A stretch of DNA of 64,000 nt, from positions 72,646 through 136,645 of the forward strand of contig WJMA01000015.1 of NCBI GenBank assembly GCA_014728175.1. Reading direction: 5' to 3'. This DNA comes from Candidatus Fermentibacterota bacterium. Its GTDB lineage: Bacteria > Fermentibacterota > Fermentibacteria > Fermentibacterales > JCC-6. Below the pieces are notes generated by a model that saw only the letters and a program-made list of their open reading frames with translations, did no database searches and was not told the origin of the DNA. Within the stretch, counting starts at the first letter, position 1, and the number at the start of each line of letters is the position of its first letter. This document shows positions 53,599 to 63,904 of the stretch, piece by piece. The position numbers and the translations under genes are program-made.

Positions 53599-55986
53599 CT
53601 ACGATCCTTTTTCGATTACGGGAGCCGGGCTCGGGCCCGGCTTCCTTTTTCGTTTCCAGAAAGACGCGATTTCGCCCAGGTCATCGGAAAGGACGGGCAG
53701 CCCGTCGCCCTGCAGCCAGTATGACGGCAGAAGCCGCAGCAGCCGCGGTGAGGTGTACCTGCTTCCCATAAGTACTATTACCCCTCTCTGGCCGGGTTTT
53801 CTGACCAACCTTCCGGCCGCCTGCACGGCCCTGGTGATACCGGGTACGGTCATTGCCCTGTAGAATCCGTCATGACCCATTCCGCGGTACCTGTCTATAA
53901 GCATGCGGCGCCTCAGGTCGATCGCCGGCAGCGATGGTCCGACCACCACCGCGCCCCGCAAATGGGGGGAATCGAACTCGATTCCCTCGGCGAATATCCC
54001 TCCGCTCACCGTGAGCACTATGGATCGATCCACGCTTAGGGCCTGGGCGAAGAAATCCTCCCGCTGCCGGTGGCTCATGCTCCGCCGTTGGCAGCAGAGC
54101 TCCGCGCCTTCCCGCCGCAGCTCGGCCGCGAGCATGTCCAGGTACCGGTAGGAGGGCATGAAGACCAGGTAGATGCCGGGAGCGGTTTCGTACAACCTCA
54201 GGATACGCCTGGACAGGAGGGGCAGGGTATGCCGACGAGCCCTGTAACGGGTGTCCACGCGGGGATCGACCCATACCCCCAGGTTGTCCGGAGGAAAGGG
54301 GTATTCCGTTTCCACCACGGTGGTCCCGCTGCCCAGGCCCAGGAGCTCGAGGTAGTGATCCGCGGGGCTGAGAGTGGCGGAGAAGGCCACCACCGAGCCC
54401 AGGCGTCCCTGCTGGGTCGCCAGCTCCGGTGAGGGGTCGGTGCAGTAGAGTTCCAAAAGAGGGTCGCCCTCCGACCGATCCAGGATAAGACGAAACCTGT
54501 CGTCTTCCGGGTCGCACAGGGCATCCATGTCCCTGCAGGCCCTGAACAGGTCCAGCAGCGCTCTGGAGGGCTCGTCGACGTCGGCGAGTACCTCCCTCCA
54601 CAGGGGACTGAGCCCGGGAGGGCCGACGTTGGTTAACTCCATCTGGCTTTCCCGGGTGTCGGCGAAACGATCGCAGAGCGAGTCGAGAAGCCGCCGCCAG
54701 GGGTCGACGATGCGGGGAAGGGCGGGATGTGAATGGTTGCTCAACGCTTCATCCAGCTGTGACCTGCGTATCCGGGGCGAGTAGTAATCCACGGCCCTGG
54801 GCGGCAGGTTGGCCGCCTCGTCCAGAAGCACCACGCATCCGGCGGCATCGCCATCGTCTGAGAAGAACCTGCGCAGGGCGATGTGAGGGTCGTATACGTA
54901 GTTGTAGTCGCATACGATCACCTCGCACCAGACCGACAGGGAAAGGGCCAGCTCGAAGGGGCACACTCCGATGCTCATCGCTTCGGCCAGCACGTCGCCG
55001 GCGCGTATTACGCCTGCAGAGAGGAGCCGGTCCAGGGAGCCGTTCTGCACCACTCGTTCCGCGAATCGCTGGGCGCGGGGGCATCTGGAGGGCAGACAAA
55101 CCTCCGATTCCTCCGGGCACAGCTGGTCTTTGGATCTGAGGAAGAGCGCCTTGACGGGCAGGTCGGAGGTGATCCTCTCCAGGGCGGCCGCCACGGTCCT
55201 CTTCTGAGTGTTCTTGGCCGTGAGGAAGAAGAGCCTCTCGGCTCGTCTTACGCAGACAGGGACGGCTCCGCAGAGAACGGCGGCGGTCTTTCCCGAGCCG
55301 GTGGGTGCTCGCAACAGTAGCGGGTCGCCGGAGCTGACGGCGGCCGAGACCTCATCTATCATCCTCTGCTGACCGGGGCGGAGCTCGTCGTAGGGGAACC
55401 GGAAGCTATTCAGGGCCTCCAGTTGCCGGCTCCTTCTGTCCAGATACTCGCTCAGCCTTCCGGTCACCCTGGCCAGCAAATCCCTCCACAAATCGGAGCA
55501 CCGGTCGCAGAAAACGTCCACCGGAACCGTTACCGGCTCGACATCGTCCTCCGGGAAGGGGGAGACGTACACCAGGGCGGCCCGAACGTCGTTCGGCCTA
55601 AGCGCCGGCTCCTCCGCCAGCAGCGCCCGGGAGTAGAAAATCAGCTGCAGAAGGTGCGGGGAAGGAAGGTCTGCGGTACCGGAGGGGGGATCGAGGGAGG
55701 TCTTCACCTCGTGCACCCTCGCCCCGCCCTGGTCGCGGTAGATCAGATCGGCCCTACCCGATACCACCATATCTATGCCCCCGTGGCTTTCCCGCAGGGT
55801 CAGGCCTACCTCGGATTCTGCCCCCCGGCTTCGCCTACGGCGGAGGTAGGCGTTGTGGGCCCTGGTCCGGGTGTGGAGGTCCACGCCGTCTATTCCGGTT
55901 ACCGGCCCGGGCGTGGGGACCAGTTCGATAAGCCTTCTTATCCCCGTTTCCAGCCGTGCGGAGTCCGTATTCAGGCCCGTAATCAT
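53599..55986 (-). CDS. Rad3/DinG-family FeS helicase with N-terminal PD-(D/E)xK nuclease domain
   Basis: GRADL..EVKT..QLIFY nuclease motifs; APTGSGKT, FeS Cys residues, CDYNY, DEAA, SATL, QAAGRLVR. Confidence 0.87.
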   Translation of the reverse strand: MITGLNTDSARLETGIRRLIELVPTPGPVTGIDGVDLHTRTRAHNAYLRRRRSRGAESEVGLTLRESHGGIDMVVSGRADLIYRDQGGARVHEVKTSLDPPSGTADLPSPHLLQLIFYSRALLAEEPALRPNDVRAALVYVSPFPEDDVEPVTVPVDVFCDRCSDLWRDLLARVTGRLSEYLDRRSRQLEALNSFRFPYDELRPGQQRMIDEVSAAVSSGDPLLLRAPTGSGKTAAVLCGAVPVCVRRAERLFFLTAKNTQKRTVAAALERITSDLPVKALFLRSKDQLCPEESEVCLPSRCPRAQRFAERVVQNGSLDRLLSAGVIRAGDVLAEAMSIGVCPFELALSLSVWCEVIVCDYNYVYDPHIALRRFFSDDGDAAGCVVLLDEAANLPPRAVDYYSPRIRRSQLDEALSNHSHPALPRIVDPWRRLLDSLCDRFADTRESQMELTNVGPPGLSPLWREVLADVDEPSRALLDLFRACRDMDALCDPEDDRFRLILDRSEGDPLLELYCTDPSPELATQQGRLGSVVAFSATLSPADHYLELLGLGSGTTVVETEYPFPPDNLGVWVDPRVDTRYRARRHTLPLLSRRILRLYETAPGIYLVFMPSYRYLDMLAAELRREGAELCCQRRSMSHRQREDFFAQALSVDRSIVLTVSGGIFAEGIEFDSPHLRGAVVVGPSLPAIDLRRRMLIDRYRGMGHDGFYRAMTVPGITRAVQAAGRLVRKPGQRGVIVLMGSRYTSPRLLRLLPSYWLQGDGLPVLSDDLGEIASFWKRKRKPGPSPAPVIEKGS
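53620..53650 (+). terminator. Intrinsic terminator after the Glu-rich lipoprotein
   Basis: GGAGCCGGGC-TCGG-GCCCGGCTTC followed by TTTTT; overlaps the 3' end of the convergent helicase gene. Confidence 0.65.
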
Positions 55987-56039
55987 GCGTTTACTTTAAA
56001 GCGTCCATGCCCCGTTCGGCAAGGGAGGGTTGAAAACGC

Positions 56040-58424
56040 CTATCTGCCCAGCACCAGAAGCCTGCAAGTATCGTAAAGCGAACCCGACTCGGCACGGACC
56101 ATGTACAGGCCCGGTGCGAGCTCCGAGCAGTCGTAGGTAGTGCGGCTGGTCGTAACGAAGCTTCGTATCTCCACGGTCTGCTCGCACCTCCCGGCGAGGT
56201 CGAAGATCCTTACGGTGGCGGGTAGGGTCGGGTCCGGCCTGCGCAGAACGATCTCGATGCTGCCTCGGGCCGGTATGGGGGCGATGGAGACCTCGAAGGG
56301 TCCCGGCGGGGAGGGCTCGTCTTCCTCTACGCCGGTGGCTCCCACCTCTCCCCTCAGGGGGATGAGGTCATGGCCGCTTACCATCCAGGGCATCAGGCCC
56401 TCCTGCTGCAGGGGTTGGAAGACCAGGGTCACGGTTCCGGTGGAGTCGGTCAAACCCGACGAGTAGAGTTGCTCGTCGGGCTTGCGAAGGCATACCAGGG
56501 CACCGGGTACCGGCCGTCCGGAGATCGTGCTTACGGTGAAGGTGGCCGAGGTGGCGCCCGGCTCGATTCTTTCGGGGGCATCCACCTCGGGGCAAACGGG
56601 CACTCCGGAGCGCATATCCAGCAGGGGATCACCGAGGAAGTGAAACAGATCCCATTCCTCCTCCGTCCTGTCCTCCGGGTAGGGGCTTCCCGGGGCGGCT
56701 GCCTGCATCTCCAGCTTACCTGCGAAGAGAGCCTGGCCGGCCCTGAAGCTTCCGTAGGGATCGGTGTAGACTGTCGGCGGCCAGACCGTTTCCTCCAGAA
56801 AGCTCATGTGTATTCCGTAGCAGAGGTAATCGTTGTAGTAGCTGTACGACTCGCCCGTCGCGGCGAATACTCCCACCGCGCCGCCTTCCATGCCCAGGAA
56901 GCATTCGGCCAGGCAGTCCTGGGTGAAGTCGCCCGTGTGGCAGTTTATGCTCATTACGATCGGGGTCCGAAAGCCGTTGTCGAGGTTTTCCAGCTGGCTC
57001 TTGTGGTAGAGGGGACAGGCCCACGACTCCACGGTTCCATGGGATCTCTGTTGCAGGAAGAACACCCCCCGGTTGATCCTGTCGTTTACCCCCTCGGCGG
57101 TACCCGCCCACTCTATGTCCATGGGAACCTCGCCCCCGGTGGAGGGCGGGTCGGGACGGTAATAGAGGGGAAGGGAATCGTACTGCCCGGTCTTCACGTA
57201 CTCCCTGTGCACCGTTCTTCCCTCCAGCTCGGTCAGGGTTCGATACAGAGCCTCGTTGGTGAAGCAGAACCAGAGGTCCGCTATGCCGTCGCTGTCCGCG
57301 TCCTGAAAGGCCCCGGCGTTCAGGGCGCTCCTCCAGAACGTGGGGTCGTGCAGGGGCTGGAGGTCCCACCTGAGGATCTTCTGCTCCACCTCCCCGTACT
57401 CGTCGGGGCTTACGGCCAGCCGGCCGTAGTAGATGTCGGCCATGAAGTCCGAGCCGTCCACGCAGCAGTAGCGGTTGTCCGTCCAAACGCCCGTGCTCTC
57501 CGAATACGCCGGGGGAAGGAAGTCGCTGTCTCCGGCGAACAGAACGAACGACGGAGGCGGGGACCACGTCTGGTAGGCCTGGCGGATGTAGCCGGCAATC
57601 CTCTCCCGATCCCATCCCTCCGCAGAGACCACCGCGGTGGGAAAGCCCTGCTGCCGGCGGACGACGGCCAGGTCCTGCACCAGATCGTAGAAGCCGTCAC
57701 CAGCCAGTATCAGAACCTCCGCCCCGGGAATCTGGCCGTTCCGCTCCGAATGAAGCACGGACCGGGCCTTGGGAAGAATCTCTCCGTTGAGCAGCATCCC
57801 GCGGAGCTGGCGGTTGAAGAACCTGGACTCGGCCTGCCTGGCGCAGCGGATGGAGGCGCCCATGTCTATGCTTAACCTGATTACGGGAAGTACTCCCACC
57901 CGGCCAGAGGTGGGGTCCGTCAGCACCGGCACCAGGCCGAAGCGGCCCACGGTTACCCCCCTCAAAACGCCGTCGATGCTCCACTGAACGCAGCCGGAAG
58001 GATACCAACCCTCCTGCGGAGCCGGCGCTCGATCTCCCTGCCCTCGGTACGTTCCATCCTCGGTGGGAATGGGTCGCATGGGGCTGAGCTTCATCGGGTC
58101 CAGCCATACCGTATCGGGGCACTCGACGGAAACCCGCGGGTTGGGGTCGGGGGGAAGGGCGGCGAGGAAGGATACCTTGGGAAGCATCGGCATTCCATCT
58201 TCCGAGGCCCATATCGTCGCTCCGGGAAAAGCTATCGTGTAGGATCCGTCCGGTAGCTGTCGTAGCTGCAGCTCCGGCACCCGCAGCTCCAACTCCAGGG
58301 AGGTGGGCGTACACCGAAGCAGGCGCAGCTCGGCCGGTCCCTCGAGGCCGGTCAGCAGATCCATGGTCTGCGCGTTCGCCGCGCACAGCGTATAAAGCAG
58401 CAGCGGGACGACTATCCTAGCCAT
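56040..58424 (-). CDS. C25 (gingipain-like) cysteine peptidase with C-terminal sorting-type domain
   Basis: Signal plus propeptide, VLFAGD, DIYYGRL, RSHG and SINC catalytic dyad, FLGDP, IFDLAGR..GLYMVR. Confidence 0.85.
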   Translation of the reverse strand: MARIVVPLLLYTLCAANAQTMDLLTGLEGPAELRLLRCTPTSLELELRVPELQLRQLPDGSYTIAFPGATIWASEDGMPMLPKVSFLAALPPDPNPRVSVECPDTVWLDPMKLSPMRPIPTEDGTYRGQGDRAPAPQEGWYPSGCVQWSIDGVLRGVTVGRFGLVPVLTDPTSGRVGVLPVIRLSIDMGASIRCARQAESRFFNRQLRGMLLNGEILPKARSVLHSERNGQIPGAEVLILAGDGFYDLVQDLAVVRRQQGFPTAVVSAEGWDRERIAGYIRQAYQTWSPPPSFVLFAGDSDFLPPAYSESTGVWTDNRYCCVDGSDFMADIYYGRLAVSPDEYGEVEQKILRWDLQPLHDPTFWRSALNAGAFQDADSDGIADLWFCFTNEALYRTLTELEGRTVHREYVKTGQYDSLPLYYRPDPPSTGGEVPMDIEWAGTAEGVNDRINRGVFFLQQRSHGTVESWACPLYHKSQLENLDNGFRTPIVMSINCHTGDFTQDCLAECFLGMEGGAVGVFAATGESYSYYNDYLCYGIHMSFLEETVWPPTVYTDPYGSFRAGQALFAGKLEMQAAAPGSPYPEDRTEEEWDLFHFLGDPLLDMRSGVPVCPEVDAPERIEPGATSATFTVSTISGRPVPGALVCLRKPDEQLYSSGLTDSTGTVTLVFQPLQQEGLMPWMVSGHDLIPLRGEVGATGVEEDEPSPPGPFEVSIAPIPARGSIEIVLRRPDPTLPATVRIFDLAGRCEQTVEIRSFVTTSRTTYDCSELAPGLYMVRAESGSLYDTCRLLVLGR

Positions 58425-58486
58425 TTAAGGACCTCCGTGGTCGATAGAAACAACCACGGGAGTATAGGCAGTGTTCCCCCAACGAA

Positions 58487-58514
58487 GAAGGGGCGACCCG
58501 AGGGCCGCCCCTTC
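58487..58514 (-). terminator. Hairpin between the two C25 genes
   Basis: GAAGGGGCG...CGCCCCTTC inverted repeat shortly after the upstream C25 stop. Confidence 0.55.
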
Positions 58515-58531
58515 CGAAGAGTGGATGGGCT

Positions 58532-60970
58532 CTACTTGAACAGCACCAGCTTGTGAACGGAAGGTTCTCCGTCCACCTCCAGCCTGGCGAAGTACACACC
58601 CTGCGGTGCGGGCCGGCCGTTGGCCGTGCCGTCCCATACCAGCTCGTGGGAGCCGGCGTTGAGCTCGTCGTCGGTTACTGTGACCACGGCCCTTCCGGCC
58701 AGGTCGTATATGGTCAGCTCCACGTGACCGGAGCGGTCGAGGCCCAGAGGGAACACAACGGCGGAGCTGAAGGGGTTAGGCCTGGGTATGCCCCGTCTGG
58801 CGACGACGGCACCGGCCTGTTCTCCTACCCCCGGACCGTTGATCGAGCCCTCGCTGGGCAGGGCGTTGTGCGAGGTGACCATCCACGGTATCTCCGTGGT
58901 GGAGGTGGTGGCCTGGAAGGTTAGGGTGACCGATCCGCCGGCGTCGGTCTCACCCGTGGCGTAGATGTCGTCATCGGATTTACGCAGGCACACCAGCGCG
59001 CCTTCCACCGGCCCGTCGGTTGAATCGTAGACCTCGAAGGTAGCCTCCGTAGAGCCGGAGGTAAGGCTGGAGGGCGCGGTTACGGAGAGATCGAACGGCA
59101 CCTCCGACCTCATGTCCATCGTGGGATCGCCGAAGACGTGGAAGAGGTCCCACTCCATCTCCGCGTAGTACTCCCAACTGCCGTAGGGGTTGCTGGGAGC
59201 GGCCTCCTGCATCTCCAGCTTTCCTCCCATCAGGGCCTCACCGGCCAGGAAGTTGCCGTAGGGGTCGGTGAAGATGGCCGGGGGAGATACGTACTGGTCG
59301 TTGAAACTCGTGTAGAGGCCGTAGCAGAAGTAGTCGTTGAAGTAGCTGTAGGAAGTCGATGATGCTCCGACCACCATCACCGCTCCGCCCTCCATCCGGT
59401 GGAAGTTCTCGGAGAAGCAGTCGCTGGTGAACTGTCCGGTGCTGCAGTTTATGCTCATGACCATGGGAGTCTTCTCGCCGTTGGAGAGACCCGACAGGTC
59501 GTCGATGTAGTAGGGCGGGTCGGCCCAGCCGCTGACCGAGCCGTGGTCTCTATGCTGCACCAGGAAGACGCCGCTGTTTATGGCGCTGTTGATGCCGTCG
59601 GCGTCTCCGTCCCAGGTGATCTCGGTGGGCACCTGGGCTCCGGTGCTGGGAGGATCGGGCCGGTAGTAGTAGGGCTCGGGCTGGCTGCTGTTGGTTACGT
59701 ACTCCCTGGTTACGGTCTTGCCGTAGTAGTCGATGTAGGTGTCGCGGACGGACTCGCAGGTGAAGCAGAACCAGCGGTCGGCCTCACCGTCGCCGTCGCT
59801 GTCCTGCAGCATACCCGCGCAGAGTACGTTGCCCCAGAAATCGGCGTCCAGCAGCGGGTTGAAGTCCCATTTGAGGGTCTTCTCCACTATGTTGCTTATG
59901 TGGTCGGTGGGAGTGGCGAATCTGCCATGGTAGATGTCGGCCATGTAATCGGAGCCGTCCACGCAGCAGTAGCGGTTGTCGGTGTCTATCCCGGTGCTCG
60001 AGGAGTGGTAGGGGGGCAACTCACCGCTATCTCCGACGAACAGGACGTAGGAGGGGGGAATGGTCCAGGTGTCGTAGGCTTCCTGGATGTAGCTCTTGAT
60101 GGAATCCTCGCCCCAGCTTCCCGCTGCCACCAGCGCCGGCAGGAAGCCCTGTTCGTGCTTACGGTTGACGAACTCGTCCATCATGGTGTCTACGAAGTCG
60201 TCGCCGGCCAGGATGAGAAGATGCGCCTCGTCGATGTCTCTGGCCTCGGCGGGAGTCCGGGCCACGACCGGCCCGGATCGCCGCACGGAGAATTTGGATT
60301 CCGGCTCTCCAAGCACTGGGGCGTTGACCAGAACCTGGCTGAAAGTGGACTTGAAGAACGGAGAGTAAAGTCTGCGGTCCACCGAGACCGCTCCCCCCAG
60401 ATCGAACCTGAGCCTGATTCTCTTTACGGCCGTTACCTCTCCGGACGAAGCATCGTAACGGGCCAGGGGGACCGCGAACCTACCGACGTGTACGCTTCGT
60501 AGTATTCCGTCGTAGGTATAGATCACATCGCTCGATGGATGCATACCCGAGTCGTAAGCTGCCTCGATGACTGTAAAGGGAGGGTTCTCGTAGGTGTCGT
60601 CGGAAGGAATGGGCTGGAACGGCCAGGGTTTGAACTGTCCCAGGGAAACCGTTTCCTCTTCCAGGATAGTCCAGTTGATATCTGTGTTTCCGGCCACCGC
60701 CGCCAGGAATCCGGCCTTGGGAATGGAAGGGTAACCCGGCTCGGGTGCGGTGGGTGTTGCGGCGGGGATATTCATTACCATGTACTCTTCACCCTGTTGG
60801 GTGCGGCTGGTAAGCTCTATCCCCGGTACGGTTATCTCGATCTCCATGCAGGAGGGTGTGGCTTCCAGGACTTCCAGCCTGGCATGTTCCAGGCCCTCGG
60901 CCCCGAAGTCCACCCATTCGGCCGAAGAGATTCCTGCGATGAAGAGCATCAGAACGAGAATCCTCTTCAT
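58532..60970 (-). CDS. C25 (gingipain-like) cysteine peptidase with FlgD-Ig/T9SS-type C-terminal domain
   Basis: VLFVGD, DIYHGRF, RDHG and SINC, FGDP, PNPF..IYDLAGR..WDG..GVYFARL..KLVL. Confidence 0.87.
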   Translation of the reverse strand: MKRILVLMLFIAGISSAEWVDFGAEGLEHARLEVLEATPSCMEIEITVPGIELTSRTQQGEEYMVMNIPAATPTAPEPGYPSIPKAGFLAAVAGNTDINWTILEEETVSLGQFKPWPFQPIPSDDTYENPPFTVIEAAYDSGMHPSSDVIYTYDGILRSVHVGRFAVPLARYDASSGEVTAVKRIRLRFDLGGAVSVDRRLYSPFFKSTFSQVLVNAPVLGEPESKFSVRRSGPVVARTPAEARDIDEAHLLILAGDDFVDTMMDEFVNRKHEQGFLPALVAAGSWGEDSIKSYIQEAYDTWTIPPSYVLFVGDSGELPPYHSSSTGIDTDNRYCCVDGSDYMADIYHGRFATPTDHISNIVEKTLKWDFNPLLDADFWGNVLCAGMLQDSDGDGEADRWFCFTCESVRDTYIDYYGKTVTREYVTNSSQPEPYYYRPDPPSTGAQVPTEITWDGDADGINSAINSGVFLVQHRDHGSVSGWADPPYYIDDLSGLSNGEKTPMVMSINCSTGQFTSDCFSENFHRMEGGAVMVVGASSTSYSYFNDYFCYGLYTSFNDQYVSPPAIFTDPYGNFLAGEALMGGKLEMQEAAPSNPYGSWEYYAEMEWDLFHVFGDPTMDMRSEVPFDLSVTAPSSLTSGSTEATFEVYDSTDGPVEGALVCLRKSDDDIYATGETDAGGSVTLTFQATTSTTEIPWMVTSHNALPSEGSINGPGVGEQAGAVVARRGIPRPNPFSSAVVFPLGLDRSGHVELTIYDLAGRAVVTVTDDELNAGSHELVWDGTANGRPAPQGVYFARLEVDGEPSVHKLVLFK

Positions 60971-61171
60971 TCTTTCTCCTTACGCTTTACGCTGTTTCTG
61001 ACCAAATAGGCTTCGAAGTGGCATTTAAACGTGGAAGGATTGTAGATTCCTCCGTAGCAGTTATTATGCCGCGGCCCCTTTGGGTCAAGACACGGGAGGT
61101 TTCCCCGGACCTCCTCGCAGGATTATGTTTGTACCTGATCGTATCTATTTTAGCTCCCGGAAAGGCATTCG

Positions 61172-62392
61172 TTGGAGAGAAAGAAACCCTTTATCACCGC
61201 GTCGGAGAGGGTGGGAAAGCTGCCGCCCTACCTGTTCGCCGAGCTGGACAGGCGGAGGTCGGCCGCTCGAAAAAAGGGCGTCGATCTTATCGATTTCGGA
61301 ATAGGCGACCCGGACCTGCCCACTCCAAAGCCCGTAGTGGAAACCGCTAGGGGGGCGGTCGCGGTTCCGGAGTACCATCGCTATCCGCAGAGCCGGGGAA
61401 GCGATTTCTTCAAGGAGGCCGCCTTCCGGTGGCTGTCGCGGGAGTTCGAGATACCCTCCCTGGACTCATTGGAGGTGGGCGCTCTGATAGGAGCCAAGGA
61501 GGGTCTGGCCCACCTGCCGTCTGTCTTCTGCAATCCCGGTGACGTAGTGTTGACGCCGAATCCCGGATATCCGGTGTACAGGGCCTCTGCCATCCTGGCC
61601 GACGCCACCCCGGTGGACGTGTCCTTAACCAGGGAGAACGGGTTCCTGCCCGATTTGGGTGTGCTCGACGAATCGGTCCTTAGATCGGCGAAAGTGGTGT
61701 TTCTCAACTACCCCAACAACCCGACCGGAGCGGTCATGGGCAGGCAGGCAATGCGGGAGATAGTGGAGTTCGTTCGTAGGAAGGACGTACTGCTGGTCAG
61801 CGATAACTCATACAGCCACATCAGGTTCGACGGCGAGAAGCCGACTTCGTTCCTGGAAGTCCCCGGAGCGGAGGATGTCTGCCTGGAGCTGCACAGCTTC
61901 TCCAAGACCTTCAACATGACCGGCTGGCGGGTAGGTTTCATCGTCGGCGGCGCCAAGCTGGTCCGAACCTTCATGGGAGTGAAGGAGAACCTGGACTCCG
62001 GGGTCTTCACCGCCGTGCAGAAGGCGGCGGAGACGGCGATCGACCTGGGCCCCGAGCACCTGGATTCGTTGTTGGCGACGTACCGCTCCCGCCGGGATAC
62101 CCTCCTCGAAGGATTGCTGAAGCTGGGCTGGGACGTCTGCGACACCCCGGGGACCTTCTACCTCTGGGCGGCGCTCCCCCGGGGAACGTCCTCCATGCAT
62201 TTCGCCAGCAGGCTTATCTCCACCGCGGGGATCGTGGTCACTCCAGGAAACGGCTTCGGAAGCAACGGCGAGAGCTACGTACGTTTCGCGCTGACCGTGC
62301 CGGAGGACAGGATACTGAAAGCTCTGGGCAGGCTGGAGCAGAAGGAGATTTCCAGCATGTGGAAGAAAAGCTCTCATCGTAAGAGGAGCTGA
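61172..62392 (+). CDS. dapL: LL-diaminopimelate aminotransferase-like
   Basis: LPPYLFAEL, GIGDPD, GAKEGL, LNYPNNPTG, HSFSKTFNMTGWRVG. Confidence 0.82.
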   Translation: MERKKPFITASERVGKLPPYLFAELDRRRSAARKKGVDLIDFGIGDPDLPTPKPVVETARGAVAVPEYHRYPQSRGSDFFKEAAFRWLSREFEIPSLDSLEVGALIGAKEGLAHLPSVFCNPGDVVLTPNPGYPVYRASAILADATPVDVSLTRENGFLPDLGVLDESVLRSAKVVFLNYPNNPTGAVMGRQAMREIVEFVRRKDVLLVSDNSYSHIRFDGEKPTSFLEVPGAEDVCLELHSFSKTFNMTGWRVGFIVGGAKLVRTFMGVKENLDSGVFTAVQKAAETAIDLGPEHLDSLLATYRSRRDTLLEGLLKLGWDVCDTPGTFYLWAALPRGTSSMHFASRLISTAGIVVTPGNGFGSNGESYVRFALTVPEDRILKALGRLEQKEISSMWKKSSHRKRS

Positions 62393-62736
62393 TGAAGCTG
62401 ACTCTACGGATCAGGGGGATAGCCCTGGAGGTTGTGCTCGGGGAACTGCCACGGGAAAGGATCTTTCCCCGCCGAGTCTTTCTCGACCTAAGGTGGGAGG
62501 GCGATTGCGATCCCTCCTCGCCGGAGGTGGATTACGAAAAGGTTTGTGTCGCCCTCTCGTCTCTGCGGGGCAATAGCTACCGCTACGCCGAGGAGTTGGC
62601 TTCCGAGGCGATGGACGTTCTTCGAGACGGCTTCCCCCGGGGCAGCTGGAAGGTAACCATTCGTAAACCATTTCCCCCCTGTAATTTGCCGGTGGACGAG
62701 GCCTCGGTCACCTTGAACTCGGAGCCGATAGATTGA
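62392..62736 (+). CDS. folB: Dihydroneopterin aldolase (divergent)
   Basis: G...ER, VDY, E.LA, VTIRKP pattern; directly before folK. Confidence 0.7.
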   Translation: MKLTLRIRGIALEVVLGELPRERIFPRRVFLDLRWEGDCDPSSPEVDYEKVCVALSSLRGNSYRYAEELASEAMDVLRDGFPRGSWKVTIRKPFPPCNLPVDEASVTLNSEPID

Positions 62737-63254
62737 CCGCCGTACCGTTCGCCGTGGCCATGGGTAGCAATCTGGGCAGCAGGGAGGCGAACCTTCTGGC
62801 GGGAGCGGCGTTCATAATGGGCTCCGGGCTGGTCTTCGAGCCTTCCCTGTCGGGGATGGTGGAGAGCGATCCGAAGGGTGGGGTCGAGGGCGGGGCCTTT
62901 CTCAACTGTGTGATGGTTGGAGGCGCGAACGGTTCTCCCCGGCTGATGCTGGAGCTGTGCAGGAGCGCGGAGAGCGCCCTGGGAAGCCGGATCAACAAGG
63001 AGGGCCGGGCCCGCCGTCTGGACGTAGACCTGCTCTTCGTGGGAGACGATCCGGTAACGGAGGACGATCTCAGCCTTCCCCACCCCAGGATGTACGAGCG
63101 GAGGTTCGTTCTGCAGCCGCTGAGCCAGGTGTGGGAAGGGCCGGTACCGGTTCTCGGGGCCAGCCCCGCCGACCTCCTGGAGAAGCTTGGATCGGGGGAG
63201 GATCTTCGAGTGCTCCTGGACAGGCCCGATCCGGGCCGGCTGTGGAGACTATGA
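62733..63254 (+). CDS. folK: HPPK pyrophosphokinase
   Basis: MGSNLG, FLNC, RRLDVDLL, LPHPRMYERRFVLQPL. Confidence 0.92.
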   Translation: MTAVPFAVAMGSNLGSREANLLAGAAFIMGSGLVFEPSLSGMVESDPKGGVEGGAFLNCVMVGGANGSPRLMLELCRSAESALGSRINKEGRARRLDVDLLFVGDDPVTEDDLSLPHPRMYERRFVLQPLSQVWEGPVPVLGASPADLLEKLGSGEDLRVLLDRPDPGRLWRL

Positions 63255-63904
63255 GAGAGAAGAGCTTCGTAGTGGTGGAGGGCCCGATCGGGGTGGGAAA
63301 GACCACCCTGTGCCGATTGCTCGCCCGCCAATGGGGCACCAGGGCCATTCTGGAGGAGTTCGAGGAGAATCCCTTCCTTCCCAAGTTCTACCAGGATCGC
63401 AGGGCCTACGCGTTTCAAACCCAGATCTTCTTCATGCTCAGCAGGTTCCGCCAGCAGCAGAAGATGGCTCAGCTGGACCTGTTTTCCAGCCGGCTGGTCG
63501 CCGACTACATGTTCGCCAAGGACAGGATTTTCGCTGCGGTAAACCTCAGCGACAACGAGTTGGACCTGTACAATGTCCTGTCTCAGATTCTGCGCAGGGA
63601 GCTGCCCGAGCCCGATCTGGTCATATTCCTCCAGGCCTCGGTGGATACGCTGCTGCGGAGGATAGAGGCCAGGGGAAGATCCTACGAGCGTAACATGAGC
63701 CGGTCCTACGTGGAACAGATCGTGGAAGCTTACAACGACTACTTCTTCCGGCAAAGGCCCCACCACATATTGCTGGTAAACACCGACCGCGCCGACTTCA
63801 GCGAGAACGAGGAAAGCCTGAGGGGACTGCTGGACGCCATCGAGAGCCACGGAGGAGGGTTCGAGACCTACGTGCCTCGCCTGGGGGAAGCTGGCTACCC
63901 CTGA
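63251..63904 (+). CDS. Deoxynucleoside kinase (dCK/dGK family)
   Basis: VEGPIGVGKTT, NPFLPKFY, KDRIFA, PDLVIFL, RGRSYE. Confidence 0.9.
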   Translation: MREKSFVVVEGPIGVGKTTLCRLLARQWGTRAILEEFEENPFLPKFYQDRRAYAFQTQIFFMLSRFRQQQKMAQLDLFSSRLVADYMFAKDRIFAAVNLSDNELDLYNVLSQILRRELPEPDLVIFLQASVDTLLRRIEARGRSYERNMSRSYVEQIVEAYNDYFFRQRPHHILLVNTDRADFSENEESLRGLLDAIESHGGGFETYVPRLGEAGYP

